Source: Methanosphaera stadtmanae DSM 3091 (GTDB taxonomy: Archaea > Methanobacteriota > Methanobacteria > Methanobacteriales > Methanobacteriaceae). Taken from it: a stretch of DNA of 32,000 nucleotides. Positions within the stretch are counted from its first letter, which is position 1. Each line of letters begins with the position of its first letter. The DNA lies in assembly GCF_000012545.1 (NCBI RefSeq), contig NC_007681.1, positions 1,200,001 to 1,232,000 of the forward strand. The letters are read 5' to 3'. The notes beneath the pieces were generated by a model, which was not told the origin of the DNA, ran no database searches, and saw only the letters and a program-made list of their open reading frames with translations. Shown piece by piece: positions 26,941 through 32,000 of the stretch. Position numbers and translations under genes: made by a program.

Positions 26941-28203
26941 ATGAAATTAATGACATATGATATTAAGGATATTAATTTAGCTCCAGAAGGAGAAAAGAAA
27001 ATAAAATGGGTACAAAAACATATGCCTGTTTTAGAAACTATTAAAAAACAATTTGAAGAAGAACAACCATTCAAAGGAATTACAATTGGTTCTTGTCTTC
27101 ATCTTGAACCTAAAACAATTAATTTAGGATTAACTCTACAAGCAGGTGGGGCAGAAGTTGTAATGACAGGTTGTAATCCATTATCTACCCAAGATGATGC
27201 TACAGCAGCTGGTGCAAAACTAGGATTAAATATGTATGGTTGGACTGGTGAAACTAATGAGGAATACTATGAACAACTCAACAAAGTACTAGATTATGAA
27301 CCAGATATTGTTATAGATGATGGTGCAGATTTAATATTTTTAATCCATAAAGAAAGACCCGAACTTCTTGAAAAACTAAGAGGAGGTTGTGAAGAAACAA
27401 CAACAGGTATTCATAGATTAAAAGCAATGTATGAAGATAATGCTTTGAAAATGCCTATTATGGCTGTGAATGATTCATACATGAAATACCTCTTTGATAA
27501 CAGATATGGTACTGGACAATCTACCTTTGATTCAATAATGGGAACAACAAACTCAGTAATTGCAGGACAAACTGTTGTTGTATGTGGTTATGGATGGTGT
27601 GGAAGAGGTATTGCCATGAGAGCAGATGGACTTGGAGCAAATGTTATTGTTACAGAAGTTGATCCTATCAGAGCACTTGAAGCTAAAATGGATGGATACA
27701 GAGTAATGACAGTTCAAAAAGCACTTGAAGAAGCAGATATTGTTATAACAGCTACTGGTAACAGAGATATCATATCTGGTGATGATTTTAAACATGTGAA
27801 AGATGGTTGTATGCTTGCAAATTCTGGACATTTCAATGTGGAAATTAATGAAAATGATCTTGCTAGCCAAGCAATAGGTAGAAATATGTTAAAACCAGAT
27901 ATTGAAGAATTTGTAATGGCTGATGGACGTAGTATTTATTTACTAGCTGGTGGTAGATTAGTTAACCTTGCAGGACAATATGGACAGGGACATCCAGCTG
28001 AAATTATGGATTTAAGTTTTGCTATGCAAGCATTATCTGCAAAACGTCTTTTAAATGAAGATATGAAACCAGGTGTTTATAAAACAAGAGATGAAGTAGA
28101 TATAGAAATAGCTAAATTAAAACTTAAAACAATGGGTGTGGAAATAGATACACTTAGTGATGAACAAGAAAAATATATGAATAGTTGGGATGTTGGTACA
28201 TAA
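26941..28203 (+). CDS. ahcY: S-adenosyl-L-homocysteine hydrolase (adenosylhomocysteinase)
   Basis: The 420-aa product has CLHLEPKT, DDGADL, ETTTGIHRL, an NAD-binding site (VVVCGYGWCGRGIA) and GHFNVEI. An alternative start is ATG 26950 (MTYDIKD). Confidence 0.9.
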   Translation: MKLMTYDIKDINLAPEGEKKIKWVQKHMPVLETIKKQFEEEQPFKGITIGSCLHLEPKTINLGLTLQAGGAEVVMTGCNPLSTQDDATAAGAKLGLNMYGWTGETNEEYYEQLNKVLDYEPDIVIDDGADLIFLIHKERPELLEKLRGGCEETTTGIHRLKAMYEDNALKMPIMAVNDSYMKYLFDNRYGTGQSTFDSIMGTTNSVIAGQTVVVCGYGWCGRGIAMRADGLGANVIVTEVDPIRALEAKMDGYRVMTVQKALEEADIVITATGNRDIISGDDFKHVKDGCMLANSGHFNVEINENDLASQAIGRNMLKPDIEEFVMADGRSIYLLAGGRLVNLAGQYGQGHPAEIMDLSFAMQALSAKRLLNEDMKPGVYKTRDEVDIEIAKLKLKTMGVEIDTLSDEQEKYMNSWDVGT

Positions 28204-28229
28204 ATATAACATCCTTCACTTTACTTTTT

Positions 28230-29216
28230 TTAAAACCAATCTTCAAGACTTGACTGTGCTGTTTTTGCTTGTAATTTTTTAATTGCACTTATTGTTCGTC
28301 TTTCATCAAAATCATGTTCTCCACATAGAAAATCAAGTAATTGACTTTTTTTTGGACGCTTAAATTCAATAGTATAATTATGAACAACGTTTGGATTTAA
28401 AAATATTTCTCTAATTAATTCAGCATCAACCTCCATTGTTTCATTTAATGATTCTAATGCTTTTTCTAATGTACCATATTTATGAATTAATTTAATTCCT
28501 TTTTTCGCACCAATACCATATACTCCCTTATTAAAGTCTGTTCCAACAAGCATTGCAACATCAACTAATTGTTCTCTTGTAAGATTCAATTCCTTTAATG
28601 TTTTTTCTAGAGAAATTAGTTCTAAATTTTTAGAATTACTTTTAGATAATTTAAGGTTTCTAATCATACGTGTTGCACCAAATTGTAGACAATCATAATC
28701 TTGTGATACTACTGCCCATGCATCATTTTGTGAAACCATATAGGAAGCTTGTGCTTCTCCTTCAGTTCTTGCTTGTACATAAGGTATTCCCATTAAATCT
28801 AATAATTTTTTAGAAGATTTTATAATTTCCTTATTTAGATGTGTTGTTCTTGCAGCATATTTTCTTGCAGCTACTACATCACCAACTTCTTTAGCTTCCA
28901 GATATTTCTTTTCAGATTCCTTTTTAATATTTATTCTTTCTTCTTGTGTTTCTTTTTTTAAATCTGGTGCTTTTCCATCGAAAACATACACTGGTTTTAT
29001 ATCCTTTTCAATTAGTGTTGATGTTTGAAACATTATACCATTTAGGTGTGATGTTATATGTCCATTCAGGTCTCGTAGTGGTGTTCCATCAGTTTGTCTC
29101 ATACTTGATAAGAATTTATAGATTACATTTGAAGCATCAACTGTTAAAATTTTTCCTTCTAATTCTTTCATTTCTATAGGTTCTGGATTTGTAATATCTT
29201 TAAATTTTACTCCCAT
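28230..29216 (-). CDS. fen: Flap endonuclease 1 (FEN-1)
   Basis: MGVKFKDI...LEGKILTVDASNVIYKFLS is the canonical FEN-1 N-terminus. It also has GEAQASYM and VSQDYDCLQFG, and the C-terminal QSSLEDWF is a PIP box (QxxLxxWF). I chose the ATG at 29216, which has an AGGAGGT SD 6 nt upstream. The track extension to 29297 overlaps the upstream gene. Confidence 0.9.
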   Translation of the reverse strand: MGVKFKDITNPEPIEMKELEGKILTVDASNVIYKFLSSMRQTDGTPLRDLNGHITSHLNGIMFQTSTLIEKDIKPVYVFDGKAPDLKKETQEERINIKKESEKKYLEAKEVGDVVAARKYAARTTHLNKEIIKSSKKLLDLMGIPYVQARTEGEAQASYMVSQNDAWAVVSQDYDCLQFGATRMIRNLKLSKSNSKNLELISLEKTLKELNLTREQLVDVAMLVGTDFNKGVYGIGAKKGIKLIHKYGTLEKALESLNETMEVDAELIREIFLNPNVVHNYTIEFKRPKKSQLLDFLCGEHDFDERRTISAIKKLQAKTAQSSLEDWF

Positions 29217-29229
29217 TAACATACCTCCT

Positions 29230-30240
29230 TTAATTATATAATATTTTCTTTGGCTTTTTATTGTCAAAGTTTGATGTAAATCCATCAATATATGCATTTG
29301 TATAGAATGTTATTCGTCTATATTTGTTATCATCAAAGAGTATTATTCCAATGATTGTTAATATGTAATTTTTTATTATTGTTAGATATAATGATATTTT
29401 ATTTTGAGAATATTTCATTCCAATCCATATTAGATTTCTTTGCATATAATAGTTTATCCATAATTTATCATATGGTCGTCTATCTACAGATATACCTAAT
29501 ACAGTTTTTTTAAATGTTCCTTTAACACTACCTTCTGCATGTTTTATTATACTGTCATTTACTAGTTTAATTTTTCCAACTGTTCTTAAACGAATACAGT
29601 ATTCTAAATCATCTGTATGTATGAAAAATTCCTTTTTTGGATAACCTATCTTTGATATAGCATTTCTATTAACTAGTAATCCTACAAATGATGCCATGTC
29701 AATATCTTTAATAGCTACTTTTGTATCTTCAGGTGTTATTTGTTTTTGAATAGGTAGTCCTTTTTTAAAGTTAAAGTAGCCTCTGTGATGATATAATATG
29801 TTGTTATTAAGATCTACCTTTAGACTTGCAAGTGCTACTGTATCATCTAAGTGATAGTATGGTGTTAATTTTTCAAGACATGTTTTTGTTGGAAAGGCAT
29901 CATCATCCATTATCCATATCCAATCATAATCATCCTCATATGCCATTTTCACACCATGATAGAATCCACCAGCTCCACCAATATTTTCTGGTAAATGAAT
30001 GTATTTAATTGTTATATTATTCATTGTTTTTTCTGTGGATTCTATAGTTTTAGTATTTTGTGGTGTGTTTTTAATATATCCTTTTTCATAGAGTAATTGT
30101 GGTGTGTTATCTGTAGAATTATTATCTACAATGTATATTGCATTGATTTTATGTGTTTGATTTAAAAGTGAATCAATACATTTTAATAGGAGTTGTTTTC
30201 TGTTAAAGGTCACAACTACTGCGCATACTGTATCTTTCAT
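29230..30240 (-). CDS. Family 2 glycosyltransferase (GT-A fold)
   Basis: It has VCAVVVTFNRKQLLLKCIDSLLNQT, IVDNNSTDNT and a DxD motif (IMDDDAFP). It starts 3 nt after the galE stop. Confidence 0.8.
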   Translation of the reverse strand: MKDTVCAVVVTFNRKQLLLKCIDSLLNQTHKINAIYIVDNNSTDNTPQLLYEKGYIKNTPQNTKTIESTEKTMNNITIKYIHLPENIGGAGGFYHGVKMAYEDDYDWIWIMDDDAFPTKTCLEKLTPYYHLDDTVALASLKVDLNNNILYHHRGYFNFKKGLPIQKQITPEDTKVAIKDIDMASFVGLLVNRNAISKIGYPKKEFFIHTDDLEYCIRLRTVGKIKLVNDSIIKHAEGSVKGTFKKTVLGISVDRRPYDKLWINYYMQRNLIWIGMKYSQNKISLYLTIIKNYILTIIGIILFDDNKYRRITFYTNAYIDGFTSNFDNKKPKKILYN

Positions 30241-30243
30241 AGT

Positions 30244-31218
30244 TTATTCCTTGTTTAATTTTTGATGCCAATTCCATGCTGTTTCTATTATTTTATCAAT
30301 ATTTACATATTGAGGATCCCATCCAAGTGTGTCTTTTGCTTTTTTGGAACTTCCTATTAGAATTGCTGGATCTCCTTCTCTTCTTTGTGTTTGTGTAACG
30401 TTAAAATTCCTTCCTGTTACACGTTTAACAGATTCTATTACTTCTCTTACTGAAAATCCTTGTCCATTACCAAGATTAAATTGATTACTTTGATTGTTTT
30501 TATTTAAATATTCAAGAGACAAAATATGTGCATCTGCTAGATCTGTTACATGTATATAATCCCTAATACATGTTCCATCTGGAGTATCATAATCTGTTCC
30601 AAAAATTTTTATATCTTCACGTTTTCCCATAGCTGCATCAAGTATTAATGGAATTAAATGTGTTTCTGGATTGTGCCATTCACCAATTATTCCAGATTCA
30701 TCTGCTCCTGATGCATTGAAATATCTGAGAATAACTGATTTTAGTCCATATGCTGTATCATAATCCTTAAGAATTCTCTCAACCATTAATTTTGTCCAAC
30801 CATATGGATTTATTGGATTTTGTGGATGATTCTCTGTTAATGGTATTTTTTGAGGTATACCATATGTTGCACATGTTGATGAGAATATGAATTTTTTAAC
30901 ATCATGTTTTAACATTACATTAAGTAGATTCATTGTATTTACCACGTTGTTGTTGTAGTATTTTTCTGGATTTCGTACTGATTCACCTACATCTATAAAT
31001 GATGAAAAATGCATCACTGCATTAATATCATATTTAGTAAATATGTCATCTACTTCATTGATATTTGCAAGATCACACTTACATAACGTTCCCCATTTAA
31101 CTGATTCTTCATGTCCATAACTTAAATTATCTAAAATTATTGTTTCATATCCCCTTTCATTTAAAACTTTATTTACATGGGACCCTATGTAACCTGCTCC
31201 ACCTACAATTAATATCAT
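30244..31218 (-). CDS. galE: UDP-glucose 4-epimerase
   Basis: It has MILIVGGAGYIGSH (Rossmann motif), the catalytic YGWTK (YxxxK), and typical GalE length and motifs (DGTCIRDYIHV). A TAGGAG SD lies upstream. Confidence 0.85.
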   Translation of the reverse strand: MILIVGGAGYIGSHVNKVLNERGYETIILDNLSYGHEESVKWGTLCKCDLANINEVDDIFTKYDINAVMHFSSFIDVGESVRNPEKYYNNNVVNTMNLLNVMLKHDVKKFIFSSTCATYGIPQKIPLTENHPQNPINPYGWTKLMVERILKDYDTAYGLKSVILRYFNASGADESGIIGEWHNPETHLIPLILDAAMGKREDIKIFGTDYDTPDGTCIRDYIHVTDLADAHILSLEYLNKNNQSNQFNLGNGQGFSVREVIESVKRVTGRNFNVTQTQRREGDPAILIGSSKKAKDTLGWDPQYVNIDKIIETAWNWHQKLNKE

Positions 31219-31400
31219 ATTATTACTCCTATTTGATTTAAAAAAAAAACATTAAATATATTATATATTACTTTATATAAAATATAATTATAGTATTTTA
31301 TCATTCTAAGTCTAAAAATACACCAAGCCAATATATTGGGGATTGATTAGACAAGTAATATGCGATATAATTGAAATATTAAATTCATAAAATATGTTAA

Positions 31401-31465
31401 AACCCACGGGCCGTGGGGGATAGCTCGATTAATCTAAACTACAAAAATAGTTTATTGCCCGAGAA
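31401..31465 (+). other. GC-rich structured island of unknown identity (candidate ncRNA, 5' leader element or protein-binding palindrome)
   Basis: CCCAC(GGGCC)GTGGG lies at 31402-31416, which as DNA is a 15-bp palindrome around a central G. Then come nested stems CTCG (31423-26)/CGAG (31459-62) enclosing AAACTA (31435-40)/TAGTTT (31447-52). The local GC content is clearly higher than the flanks. I recognise no RNA family here. Confidence 0.3.
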
Positions 31466-31506
31466 ACACAACCATAATAGTTGGGTAGGTCAAGAAAGTG
31501 ATAAAG

Positions 31507-31944
31507 ATGAAAAAAATAATACCTATATTGATAATTGTAGGATTATTCTTATGTAGTTCCATGGTATATGCTTCTAATAACATGAAAGACATGCCACGAC
31601 CAGAATTAGATGGTAGTAATGTTACTGGAGAATGTTATAAAGTTATTGATGGAGATACAATCTATGTTTCAGGTCTAGGTAAAGTTAGATTTGTTGGAGT
31701 TAATACTCCTGAACGTGGAGAAGAAGGATACTACGAAGCAAAAAACTATGTAAAAGAAAGATGTTTAGGAAAAATGGTTACTATTGATGTGGATGATGCA
31801 AAACACTTTGATAAATACAATAGAACATTAGGTGTTGTGTATGTTGATGATAGTAACTTAAATCAAGAATTATTAGAAAAAAATCTTGCAGAAATAATGT
31901 ACATACCACCATCTGAATTTAATCCATACAGTTGGGCTGTATAA
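31507..31944 (+). CDS. Secreted staphylococcal-nuclease (thermonuclease/SNase)-like nuclease
   Basis: It has an N-terminal signal-like helix (MKKIIPILIIVGLFLCSSMVYA), then GDTIYV...VRFVGVNTPE...YYEAKNYV...DKYNRTLGVVY...LNQELLEKNLAE, which follow the SNase active-site pattern. The track ORF starts at GTG 31498, but the ATG at 31507 is more likely. Confidence 0.8.
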   Translation: MKKIIPILIIVGLFLCSSMVYASNNMKDMPRPELDGSNVTGECYKVIDGDTIYVSGLGKVRFVGVNTPERGEEGYYEAKNYVKERCLGKMVTIDVDDAKHFDKYNRTLGVVYVDDSNLNQELLEKNLAEIMYIPPSEFNPYSWAV

Positions 31945-32000
31945 CCTTATTTCTTTACTTATTATTTTTTTATAAAAGAGTTTATATAGTATAATATTCA

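Noticed and set aside
29217-29297. 27-codon N-terminal extension of FEN-1 in the track ORF (MHILMDLHQ...)
   Set aside because: The extension overlaps the 3' end of the GT2 gene. The canonical FEN-1 N-terminus MGVKF begins at 29216 with an AGGAGGT SD at ideal spacing.
31414-31470. Possible tRNA or tRNA fragment (GGGGGATAGCTCG resembles acceptor plus D-arm)
   Set aside because: I could not build an anticodon arm or a T-arm (there is no GTTCRAnnC-like box), and there is no complementary 3' acceptor strand. It is kept only as a remote att-remnant idea inside the GC-island finding.

Overview
This is a very AT-rich archaeal chromosome segment. The gene content points to a pseudomurein-containing methanogen of the Methanobacteriales, Methanosphaera/Methanobrevibacter-like; that is an inference from content and base composition, not a database hit. 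The supporting genes are HypC, a complete trpEGCFBAD operon with a divergently transcribed HTH+ACT regulator, Cdc48, Pelota, FEN-1 with a C-terminal PIP box, geranylgeranyl reductase, SAH hydrolase, and MraY-like and MurG-like genes. I can support about 38 protein-coding genes and one tRNA-Ile(GAU). Two of the genes are absent from the ORF track: a 54-aa dicluster ferredoxin and an edge-truncated SIS-domain gene. There are also several hairpin/oligo-T terminators and a few promoter/operator candidates. I see no rRNA, CRISPR array, IS element, transposase or integrase, so the window looks like core chromosome rather than an island. Nothing here is a clear-cut new system. The items most worth a second look are: (1) three paralogous zinc-ribbon/TM2-like membrane proteins wrapped around a nuclease-fold sfsA gene, one of them translationally coupled to it; (2) a 78-bp tandem duplication upstream of cdc48 in which each copy places the TATA box inside an 8-bp inverted repeat; (3) the trpY-like/trpE control region, which has a perfect 16-bp palindrome of TGTA(T/C)A-type half sites and a well-positioned SD+ATG opening a 14-codon, Trp-containing ORF one frame off from trpE, in an operon otherwise almost devoid of Trp codons; (4) a pair of about 70%-identical MurG-like genes 10.7 kb apart, with a divergent MraY-like gene nearby; (5) a short ArcS-motif+PUA protein lacking the TGT-like domain; (6) a TyrA protein with an FDX-ACB-like tail; (7) a GC-rich structured island in an otherwise AT-rich intergenic region upstream of a secreted SNase-like nuclease.
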